A program made the translations under genes and the position numbers. DNA of 64,000 bases from an uncultured Saprospiraceae bacterium (GTDB taxonomy: Bacteria; Bacteroidota; Bacteroidia; Chitinophagales; Saprospiraceae), in NCBI GenBank assembly GCA_938041445.1, contig CALISO010000013.1:1092-65091 (forward strand), read 5' to 3'. How positions within the stretch are numbered: position 1 is the stretch's first letter; each line of letters starts with the position of its first letter. The notes beneath the pieces were generated by a model, which saw only the letters and a list, made by a program, of their open reading frames with translations, was not told the origin of the DNA and made no database searches. Positions 56,251 through 64,000 of this stretch are shown here, in pieces.

Positions 56251-59200
56251 CTACCTGACCAATGTCAACTCGCCTTTCTTCTCTATCGTTTCACCATCAA
56301 TAACATACGTCGAATAAAACATATAGACGCCTGTTGGTAATGGATCACCGTCATTCTCATTTCTGCCGTTCCAGTTTGTTCCAATTCTAGAAAGCGTAGT
56401 ATCAGTCGCATTTTCAACTGATGCTGTTGTTGCACTTGTCTCGTATACTAGATTGCCGTAAGCATTGTAGATAAATAGGTTGTAGTCAGTGATCAGCTCG
56501 GGACAGTTTACGACTGGACCAAACGTTCTATCTCTTTCTTCTGTAGTGCCACCGCCAACGCTACCAGCAAGGCTCATAAAGTTTGGCCAAGACACACATT
56601 CGCATGGGAAAAAGTCTCCAACATTGACTGCAATAGAATCAATCCTTGATGCATCACAAATATTTTGAACCTCCACAAATAGAACATTAGAAGTAGAAGT
56701 ATCAACTGCTGGAAGTGGAATCGTTTGCCCTGTATTTCCATTTGACCATTGATAACCAAAGTCTTCATTAATAGGTCCATTGATAATTGCAGTTGCAGTT
56801 GACCCAGTTTCAGAACAACTTTTTTCTATCTGAACAGTCACGTCTTGAAACAGGTCACTTTCACTAATTGTTACTGATGCATTCTGCTCAAATCCACAAG
56901 CATCGACAATCATCACGGTATACTCTCCTATTTCTGTAACAACAATAGAAGGGGTTTCATCACCAGTTGACCATATATATGTTTCCACATCACTCTGACC
57001 ATTGAATTCAGCAGTGATTGTAAATTCTTGTAATTCTCCCATTTCAATATCACATGCATTAGTATCGGTTGACAATGTCAATTCTCCCATATTCGCTTGC
57101 AACACCTCATCTAGTGAAATCTGGTCAGAAATTAAGTTTTGACAATTATCCACTGCGTTTACAACTACTGATTGAGGGCTATCTAATGTGATATTCGTAC
57201 CTGAACCCACTATATTGCCTAGTTCGTCAGTCCATTGAATTGTATTAATATTTAGTACTGATGGATCAGCTACTTGATATAGAATTCCAGTCGATGTACA
57301 TGATGCGATGATATCAATATCTTGAGGTGCTTGACTTAAGTCAGGGACATTGATGGTTTGTTCAAGCATATTTCCACATTCATCCGTGATCATCACTGTA
57401 TAGTCTCCAAACTCAGTAACAGTAATTACTTGGTTACCATTGTCTTGAGCCCCAGTAGACCATACGATATCGGCAACATCAAAGAATTGGATGGGGCTCA
57501 ATGTCGCTGTGATAAAGATTATTCCATCAGAGCAATAGCTATTTCCGTCAAAACCTAAATTGATATTTGATATATCTGTCAAGTCAATATCTGCAGAAAG
57601 ATCATAGAGACAATCATCTGTAAGTGTTACGCTGTAAGTTGTTGGCTCTGTAACTGTAATTGAAGTCTGACCGACAGTACCTTCAGACCACATTATTGTA
57701 GAAGCGTCAAAGTCATCACCAGTTGTCACAACTTGGAGGATGAACTCTCCATTTTCACAACCAATATTAATTGAAGCAACATCCGGTTGTTCAAAGTCAG
57801 TATCAAGAATCTCACGCGTCACTACAGTATCTTGACCACAACCATCTGTGACTGTGACAGAGTAAGTTGTATTGACATCATTTCTAATAACGTCAGGAGT
57901 AGTTTCTCCTCCGCCAGACCACATATAGGAATAATTGCCATCTCCGCCTTCTGGAAATGCCTGCAAAGTAAATGATCTAGGCTCTTGACAATAGAGTTCT
58001 GTATTGAGAAGCGCTATCTGAGCCTCGGGAGGACCAAAAACAGGTACAACTATCGTATCACACAATGCAAAGCAGGTTTGCTCATCAAATGCAACAGTTA
58101 CTGAATATTCTTCATCATCCATTACAGTAATTGTGGCTGTTGTATCTCCATTGCTCCACTCATACCAGATTGCATCTTGAACTTGTGCATTTAGAGTCAC
58201 ATTGATACTATCTGGACATTGGACATCTGCTTGTAGAGGTATTATTGGTACATTAAATTCCACGAATAGACTAGTATCTATTGCTGCAAGATCTTCTCTT
58301 TCATACATAAGAGCTTCTGTCGTGATAATTAATGTGTCAGTAACTATTGGAGTGGTCGCTGCGACTAAGTTAATATCTGAATCGCATGTAGATGGCTCAC
58401 CCTCATTCAGGATAAATGAGTTACCCATCTCATCGGTTTTATTCAATTTTATCCGTGAGGTTACTGTACCGGCACTTAATTCTTCTGCTGTGGATACTGA
58501 CATATAACCACCGTCAGAAGCAGCTATAATATTACCTTGATCAATAATTGTCAGGTATTCATCAGATTGTAAAATACCACTAGTCAAGTCAAGTTGTCTC
58601 ACAGCATTTCTATTATACTGTTTCTCCCATAATCGTGTCCCACCTTGATCATATGCAATGATAAATGGCTTGGAAAATGCAAAATTCTCAAGGTAAGTTC
58701 CTCTAACAACTATCTCTCCTCCTGCTCCAAGCGTAGCGCCTGAAATATATGTGCCACCAGACAGCGGATCATTAAAGTTTAATGTCGTGAACCATTGGAC
58801 TTCACCAAGACTATCTAACTTAGTCACAAAACCTCTGTAAAATCCTGGTCTTAATGAACCTACTAGCACTAGTCCACCATCTTGGGTAACTAGTTGTTCA
58901 TAGATTTGTCCCTGACCTATTTGTGGTAGATGATATGATCTAGCCCATATTTGCTGATATGCAGTATCTAGCTTCGCAACAAACAATTGAGTGCTGTCAG
59001 CTAGGATTTTTCCTGAGAGGTAAATTGTAGAATCTTTATCGTCGTATGATATCTCAGAAAGTGAGTAACTATATTTCTCTGGACTAGGTCTAAATGTGAT
59101 ATTATCTAATGCTAGATCATTGCCCTCACCTCCTGGCGCATTGTTTCTCAATGAGAGTTGCACTGAAGTTTGTCCAGGGGCAGTTGTAAATGAAAAGCCG

Positions 59201-60198
59201 TAAGTCATCCATCCATTTGATTCGACAATTGGACCTGTTTCAAACTGAGACACTCCATCAATTAGAAATGCGACATTAGGGTCCATCAAATCACATTCGG
59301 TAGAAATCAAATTAAGAATGTCTGCAGTAAATTCATACTCAGTGTTTTCACTTAGGTTGTCAACAACTTCTTCATAGAAAATCCCAGGCTCAACAGTCGC
59401 ATTGACAACCATCATATATCCATTAGGATCATTACTATTGTCTTGCGCTGGGAGCCAACAGTCGAATAATTCTGGCCAATTACCAAGATTATTAGAAATC
59501 GTATAAAACCCATCTTGTGGAGGTCCTGCAGTATAGATGTATCCGGGTGCAATACCTGGATCTTCTTGAAAGAATATATCTTCGCCACTGCCAAAATCAC
59601 CTTCCTCAAAAATGTTTATGCTAGTAGTATCAGTCATTGTCAATTGAGTCTCCATCGCCGGCCCGTTCCCTTCGCCATCTATCTGCCATAGGCTTGTGTA
59701 TTCTAAACTGTCTACTGTTGTCCCAGCCATAATGAATGTCGATGTATCTCTTAAGGCTAGTTCGACTGGTCTTGCAGTATTAGTGCTATCACTATTAGTG
59801 TAAAAGCTATATCCCCATTCAACATCACCTCGAGAACCTGTTCTGATAACTCCCTGTACAAATGTTGTATCTGTCTTAGCTTGGAATGTGATCAACATAG
59901 AGTCACCTGTGATGACTTTCATATCTCCGTACCTCGTGATCTCAAATCCTGGATCTAATAAAATTTCAGTATCCCAATCGATACCGCCTTTGAGATTGTG
60001 CTTTGTAAGAAGTAGTCCCTCATTTTCTTGATCTTCTGTGATGAAGCTACTCACTACATACGTTGACCCATTTTCAATCTGCACAGCATCGATAACATTA
60101 AGGTTGACTCCATCTATTGGGCCATAAAGTCTCTGGTAATCTTGAGCAGTGACAAAGAGTACGGACAAGAGCAATAATGATGTTAAGAGGTATCTCAT
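56251..60198 (-). CDS. Very large secreted protein: N-terminal beta-rich region, CBM-like jelly-roll domain, seven Cys-containing Ig-like repeats, T9SS type-B C-terminal domain
   Basis: 1315 aa. Signal peptide. CBM-like block (FEEGDFGSG...GNDLALDNITF). Repeats of the form [YI]xWSxG.T...I.V.E.G.Y.V...D.CG. C-terminus YNAYGNLVY...WNGRNENDGDPLPTGVYMF. Confidence 0.85.
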   Translation of the reverse strand: MRYLLTSLLLLSVLFVTAQDYQRLYGPIDGVNLNVIDAVQIENGSTYVVSSFITEDQENEGLLLTKHNLKGGIDWDTEILLDPGFEITRYGDMKVITGDSMLITFQAKTDTTFVQGVIRTGSRGDVEWGYSFYTNSDSTNTARPVELALRDTSTFIMAGTTVDSLEYTSLWQIDGEGNGPAMETQLTMTDTTSINIFEEGDFGSGEDIFFQEDPGIAPGYIYTAGPPQDGFYTISNNLGNWPELFDCWLPAQDNSNDPNGYMMVVNATVEPGIFYEEVVDNLSENTEYEFTADILNLISTECDLMDPNVAFLIDGVSQFETGPIVESNGWMTYGFSFTTAPGQTSVQLSLRNNAPGGEGNDLALDNITFRPSPEKYSYSLSEISYDDKDSTIYLSGKILADSTQLFVAKLDTAYQQIWARSYHLPQIGQGQIYEQLVTQDGGLVLVGSLRPGFYRGFVTKLDSLGEVQWFTTLNFNDPLSGGTYISGATLGAGGEIVVRGTYLENFAFSKPFIIAYDQGGTRLWEKQYNRNAVRQLDLTSGILQSDEYLTIIDQGNIIAASDGGYMSVSTAEELSAGTVTSRIKLNKTDEMGNSFILNEGEPSTCDSDINLVAATTPIVTDTLIITTEALMYEREDLAAIDTSLFVEFNVPIIPLQADVQCPDSINVTLNAQVQDAIWYEWSNGDTTATITVMDDEEYSVTVAFDEQTCFALCDTIVVPVFGPPEAQIALLNTELYCQEPRSFTLQAFPEGGDGNYSYMWSGGGETTPDVIRNDVNTTYSVTVTDGCGQDTVVTREILDTDFEQPDVASINIGCENGEFILQVVTTGDDFDASTIMWSEGTVGQTSITVTEPTTYSVTLTDDCLYDLSADIDLTDISNINLGFDGNSYCSDGIIFITATLSPIQFFDVADIVWSTGAQDNGNQVITVTEFGDYTVMITDECGNMLEQTINVPDLSQAPQDIDIIASCTSTGILYQVADPSVLNINTIQWTDELGNIVGSGTNITLDSPQSVVVNAVDNCQNLISDQISLDEVLQANMGELTLSTDTNACDIEMGELQEFTITAEFNGQSDVETYIWSTGDETPSIVVTEIGEYTVMIVDACGFEQNASVTISESDLFQDVTVQIEKSCSETGSTATAIINGPINEDFGYQWSNGNTGQTIPLPAVDTSTSNVLFVEVQNICDASRIDSIAVNVGDFFPCECVSWPNFMSLAGSVGGGTTEERDRTFGPVVNCPELITDYNLFIYNAYGNLVYETSATTASVENATDTTLSRIGTNWNGRNENDGDPLPTGVYMFYSTYVIDGETIEKKGELTLVR

Positions 60199-60350
60199 GG
60201 ATTCTATTATTTGAAAGACTTATCAAAAATAACAATCATCGCATATAAATAGGTCTAAACTTAACCTTATTGTCAGTTTCGAGAGGATATCACGGTTTTT
60301 CAGAGTCTTATACAATTGAAGAATAGATATAATACTCGCTATTGACAGCA

Positions 60351-60758
60351 TTATTTACAGCTACCGCATAAACCTTTTGCAATGACGTTGACTTCTTGGA
60401 CAATATAGCCTGATGGCAAATCTAAAACGGGAGTTTTCACATCAGTGAGACAAGTCACATCACCACACGCAGCACACTCGAAGTGGACGTGATGATCATC
60501 GTGCTTGTGGTCAGTACATCCCTCCTCGCAAAGGGCATACTTAGGCTTTGCTGAAGAGTCTACAATCTTATGAAGGATGCCTTTATCCTCGAATGTTTTA
60601 AGGGTTCGATATAGAGTGATTCTATCAATGTGATCAAGTGTAGATTCTATCGTTTGATTTGATACAGCCACATTAGATGACAGGAGAAGGTCTAGTACTT
60701 CTTGCCTATTCTGAGTAATTCTCAACTTGTGTCTATTTAATACGTCTTTAGCACTCAT
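60351..60758 (-). CDS. Fur-family metalloregulator
   Basis: ATG 60758 gives MSAKDVLNRHKLRITQNRQEVL. His/Cys-rich metal site (CEEGCTDHKHDDHHVHFECAACG...CGSC). The ATG is 6 nt after the upstream stop. Confidence 0.85.
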   Translation of the reverse strand: MSAKDVLNRHKLRITQNRQEVLDLLLSSNVAVSNQTIESTLDHIDRITLYRTLKTFEDKGILHKIVDSSAKPKYALCEEGCTDHKHDDHHVHFECAACGDVTCLTDVKTPVLDLPSGYIVQEVNVIAKGLCGSCK

Positions 60759-60764
60759 AATCAA

Positions 60765-62387
60765 TTAATCTTCTTCAATGTAAACTTGTTCAAATTTTGG
60801 TGCAAAACTCTCTGCAGTAGTATTAGCCATCAGAGTCTCGAAGCCTCTAGGATAATCCTTAGTACCTAGCAAACTCCCTTCTGTAATATAATGGAAAATT
60901 TCATCATAAGTCCTAGTATTGAATGGGCTGATACGCATTGTTATATGCGAGCGATTGATTCGATCTGGGTCATCTATACCAGCAGCACCCATCAACTCTA
61001 CAAATGAATGGACAGTCTCCTTATGAAAATTGGCAACGCGTACTTTTTTATCGTTTACATCAAGGCCTCTGACCAACTCTGGTCGTTGGGTAGCAACTCC
61101 TACTGGACAACTGTTCTTATTGCATTCAAGTGCTTGAATACAGCCAAGTGCCATCATCATAGCTCTAGCAGTATAGCAAGCATCTGCCCCTAGTGCTATC
61201 GCTCTGAATATATCAAATCCAGATACAATCTTACCTGAAGCAAATAGCTTGATTTCCGTCTTCAACCCAAAGCCAATCAAGGTATTATACACGAATACAA
61301 GGCCCTCGCGATATGGCATACCTACAGAATTACTAAACTCTAATGGTGCCGCTCCTGTCCCTCCTTCACCTCCATCCACAGCAATGAAGTCTGGAGTAAC
61401 ACCTGTCTCTATCATGGCCTTACAGATAGCGACGAACTCTGCCTTATGTCCTATGCATAGCTTGAATCCTATAGGCTTTCCTCCTGACAAATCACGACAT
61501 TGCTTAACAAATTTCATCAATCCTATCGGTGTATTGAAGGCGTGATGATATGGTGGAGAGTTGACATCTTTTCCCATCTCTATTGATCGGATTTCTGCAA
61601 TTTCCTTCGTGACTTTTTTAGCTGGTAAGATTCCTCCATGACCGGGTTTAGCTCCTTGAGAAAGTTTAATCTCAACCATTTTCACATTATCCTGAGCAGT
61701 TCGCTTGGCAAATAGGTCTGGATCAAAATTGCCATCCTTAGCTCGACAACCAAAGTAACCAGTACCTATCTGATAGATGAGATCACCTTGATACTTATCA
61801 TGATACGGAGAGATACCTCCCTCTCCAGTATTATGTGCAAAGTTGCCAATCTTAGCGCCACCATTAAGCGCCATTATTGCATTCTTACTTAACGATCCAA
61901 AACTCATAGCTGATACATTGTAGATACTAGCTGAATAAGGCTGCTTACAATCCTTGCCACCAACGGTTACTCTAGGATCTTGGTTGATTGTTGAGTAGTC
62001 TTTCGCATTGATTGAATGATTCATCCACTCATAAGTCTCATTATAGACGTTCAATTGAGTACCAAATGGGGTCGTATCAGTTTCATTCTTTGACCGTTGA
62101 TATATAAGTGATCTGTCCAATCTTGAGAATGGCTTGCCTTCTGTATCTGATTCCACAAAGTATTGATAGATTTTTGGTCTCAACCACTCAGCAATGTATC
62201 TAGTCCGTCCGACTAATGGGAAATTTCTAGCAATAGATTGTTTCTTCTGGACGACATCATATAACCCTATCAAAAGGATAGGTACGATCACAGCCAACAG
62301 CCACAGCCAAGACATGGAAAATGTAAAGGCGAGTAGTAATATGCAGATTACTGCAAGAATATTGATGATCAAAAACTGGTTACGCAT
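60765..62387 (-). CDS. Membrane-anchored FMN-binding glutamate-synthase-family protein (GltB domain-2-like)
   Basis: 540 aa. Two N-terminal TM helices. KLSQGAKPGHGGILP, IAVDGGEGGTGAAP and ASGKIVSGFD. Confidence 0.85.
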   Translation of the reverse strand: MRNQFLIINILAVICILLLAFTFSMSWLWLLAVIVPILLIGLYDVVQKKQSIARNFPLVGRTRYIAEWLRPKIYQYFVESDTEGKPFSRLDRSLIYQRSKNETDTTPFGTQLNVYNETYEWMNHSINAKDYSTINQDPRVTVGGKDCKQPYSASIYNVSAMSFGSLSKNAIMALNGGAKIGNFAHNTGEGGISPYHDKYQGDLIYQIGTGYFGCRAKDGNFDPDLFAKRTAQDNVKMVEIKLSQGAKPGHGGILPAKKVTKEIAEIRSIEMGKDVNSPPYHHAFNTPIGLMKFVKQCRDLSGGKPIGFKLCIGHKAEFVAICKAMIETGVTPDFIAVDGGEGGTGAAPLEFSNSVGMPYREGLVFVYNTLIGFGLKTEIKLFASGKIVSGFDIFRAIALGADACYTARAMMMALGCIQALECNKNSCPVGVATQRPELVRGLDVNDKKVRVANFHKETVHSFVELMGAAGIDDPDRINRSHITMRISPFNTRTYDEIFHYITEGSLLGTKDYPRGFETLMANTTAESFAPKFEQVYIEED

Positions 62388-62469
62388 AACTGTTGATTAT
62401 TCTTCGATTGATGGAGGATATTGTATATCTACGATAATTTCCCATATTTGTAAAAAATACATTCTAACT

Positions 62470-64000
62470 ATGGAGGTGAATCTTACCAAAGGCAAGATAG
62501 ACAATTCTCTCAAGATGCGTCTGTATGAAGGGATGCTATATCCTCGATTGATAGAAGAAAAAATGCTAAACCTACTCAGGCAAGGCAAGATATCCAAGTG
62601 GTTCTCTGGTATCGGACAAGAGGCAATATCAGTAGGCTGCACAATGGCGTTGAAGGCTGAGGATACCATCTTTCCAATGCATCGAAATCTAGGAGTATTT
62701 ACTTCAAGGGAAATTCCACTTAGTCGTCTACTTTCACAATGGCAAGGTAAGGCAAATGGCTTCACAAAGGGTCGAGATAGATCGTTTCACTTTGGCGCTG
62801 TAGACTATAATGTCATTGGGATGATCTCTCATCTAGGTGCTCAACTCAGTCTAGCAGATGGTGTTGGACTTGCGCATAAGCTTTCAAAATCTGGAAATAT
62901 CGCCCTTGCGATGACTGGTGAAGGTGGGACTAGCGAAGGAGAATTTCACGAGGCACTCAATGTCGCAGCGGTATGGCAACTACCCGTCATCTTTGTCATT
63001 GAGAATAACGGCTATGGTCTATCAACTCCGACTAGCGAGCAGTATCGTTGTGAACATCTTGTAGATCGAGCCAAAGGATATGGTATGAAAGGTATCCGCA
63101 TTGATGGCAACAATGTAGAGGAAGTATACAGTACAATCTCTGCAATAAGAAACCAAATAACAACGTCTCCTGAACCTTGGTTGGTGGAATGTGACACGTT
63201 TAGGATGAGAGGTCATGAGGAAGCAAGTGGTGTCAAATACGTACCTAAAAAACTGCTAGAACAATGGGCAAAAAAAGACCCAATTGATAGAATAGAAAAG
63301 ACCCTACTTGCCAAGAAAATCACTACTAAGAAAAAAATCGCTGGGTTAAGAGATAGCCTTAAAAAGGCTATTAATGCAACTACTAAAGAATCTTTCAGGG
63401 AGTCCACAATTACCTCAACAGTACCTGCAGAACTCAGCGATGTCTATACCCCAACTGAGCAGTGGACTGGAAATATAGACACATCAAATACTACTGAGAT
63501 GCGCTACATAGATTCCATCTCAGATGGTCTGAATATGGCAATGCAGAAATATGACAACCTTGTGTTAATGGGGCAAGATATTGCTGACTATGGTGGAGTA
63601 TTTAAGATTACCGATGGATTTACTGAGCGATATGGTAAGGGTCGAGTGAGAAATACACCAATTTGCGAAAGCGCTATTCTTGGTGCTGCAATGGGACTGA
63701 GCCTGGAAGGTGTCCCTTCAATGGTAGAGATGCAATTTTCGGATTTTGTGACTTGTGGATTTAACCAAATTGTCAATAATATCGCCAAGGTTCGTTATCG
63801 CTGGGGCCTCAGTGTCAATACAGTCATCAGAATGCCTAGTGGAGGTAGTGTAGGTGCAGGACCATTCCATAGTCAGAGTACTGAAGCGTGGTTTACTCAC
63901 GTACCCGGTCTAAAAATAGTCTATCCGTCTAACCCAATCGATGCTAAAGGGCTGTTACTAGCGGCATTTAGTGATCCTAATCCAGTTTTATACTTTGAGC
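62470..64000 (+). CDS. Fused 2-oxoacid dehydrogenase E1 component alpha/beta (TPP-dependent), 5' 510 codons; runs off the right edge
   Basis: Absent from the ORF track. Hand translation from ATG 62470 gives MEVNLTKGKIDNSLKMRLYEGMLYPRLIEEKML...MTGEGGTSEGEFHEALNVAAVWQLPVIFVIENNGYG (TPP motif)...then a beta part, MRYIDSISDGLNMAMQKYDNLVLMGQDIADYGGVFKITDGF...FHSQSTEAWF. The minus ORFs at 62397-63900 are antisense shadows. Confidence 0.85.
   Translation, partial: MEVNLTKGKIDNSLKMRLYEGMLYPRLIEEKMLNLLRQGKISKWFSGIGQEAISVGCTMALKAEDTIFPMHRNLGVFTSREIPLSRLLSQWQGKANGFTKGRDRSFHFGAVDYNVIGMISHLGAQLSLADGVGLAHKLSKSGNIALAMTGEGGTSEGEFHEALNVAAVWQLPVIFVIENNGYGLSTPTSEQYRCEHLVDRAKGYGMKGIRIDGNNVEEVYSTISAIRNQITTSPEPWLVECDTFRMRGHEEASGVKYVPKKLLEQWAKKDPIDRIEKTLLAKKITTKKKIAGLRDSLKKAINATTKESFRESTITSTVPAELSDVYTPTEQWTGNIDTSNTTEMRYIDSISDGLNMAMQKYDNLVLMGQDIADYGGVFKITDGFTERYGKGRVRNTPICESAILGAAMGLSLEGVPSMVEMQFSDFVTCGFNQIVNNIAKVRYRWGLSVNTVIRMPSGGSVGAGPFHSQSTEAWFTHVPGLKIVYPSNPIDAKGLLLAAFSDPNPVLYFE

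Noticed and set aside
62397-63900. Five minus-strand ORFs of 60-122 aa (62397..62765, 63012..63197, 63022..63216, 63213..63407, 63588..63900 group)
   Set aside because: All lie antisense to one uninterrupted + strand frame encoding the fused E1 alpha/beta dehydrogenase, which has the TPP motif GEGGTSEGEFHEALNVAAVWQLPVIFVIENNGYG.
1-64000. Scan for tRNA/rRNA genes, CRISPR arrays, IS elements, integrases, phage or defence genes
   Set aside because: I saw no GGTTCGAATCC-type T-arms, no rRNA-like stretches, no spaced direct-repeat arrays, no transposase or integrase-like ORFs, and no nuclease/ATPase defence-type gene pairs. The scan was by eye only. tRNAscan/Infernal, CRISPR finders and defence-system HMM sets should be run to confirm.

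Overview
AT-rich (roughly 37-38% GC by eye) chromosomal segment with strong Bacteroidota signatures. These include T9SS type-A and type-B C-terminal sorting domains, a bacillithiol bshA gene, a BatA-type protein, a Bacteroides-type sdhCAB operon, a fused E1 alpha/beta dehydrogenase, and TAnnTTTG -7 promoter boxes. I call 54 protein-coding genes, 45 of them on the minus strand, and most are housekeeping or envelope genes. They include sdhCAB, aconitase, nadB, dnaB, bshA, two cyclophilins, two histidine kinases and one response regulator, a TonB-dependent receptor, ComEA/ComEC-like proteins, TerC, PadR-PspC, and two giant T9SS adhesins. Two edge genes are absent from the ORF track and were recovered by hand translation: a ROK kinase N-terminus at 1..213 (-) and a fused 2-oxoacid dehydrogenase E1 alpha/beta at 62470..64000 (+). 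I found no rRNA, tRNA, CRISPR array, transposase, integrase, phage gene, restriction-modification system or toxin-antitoxin pair, so this is not an obvious mobile or defence island. The candidates most worth a second look are listed here. (1) A three-gene module at 19890-22814: a bacterial homologue of the vertebrate tRNA-queuosine mannosyltransferase (DUF3524/GTDC1-like), a second GT4, and a SMUG-like UDG-superfamily protein. (2) An in-frame MsrA::signal-anchor::metzincin fusion at 32565-33815. (3) A 420-bp convergent intergenic region at 38003-38422 carrying two '16-mer + terminator hairpin' modules, possibly sibling sRNAs. (4) An orphan exonuclease-lipoprotein-MbnP-MbnH-like cluster. (5) A tandemly duplicated lipoprotein cassette between the ComEA-like and ComEC genes. 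All family assignments rest on motif recognition by eye. No database search was run, and starts called on GTG/TTG are uncertain.
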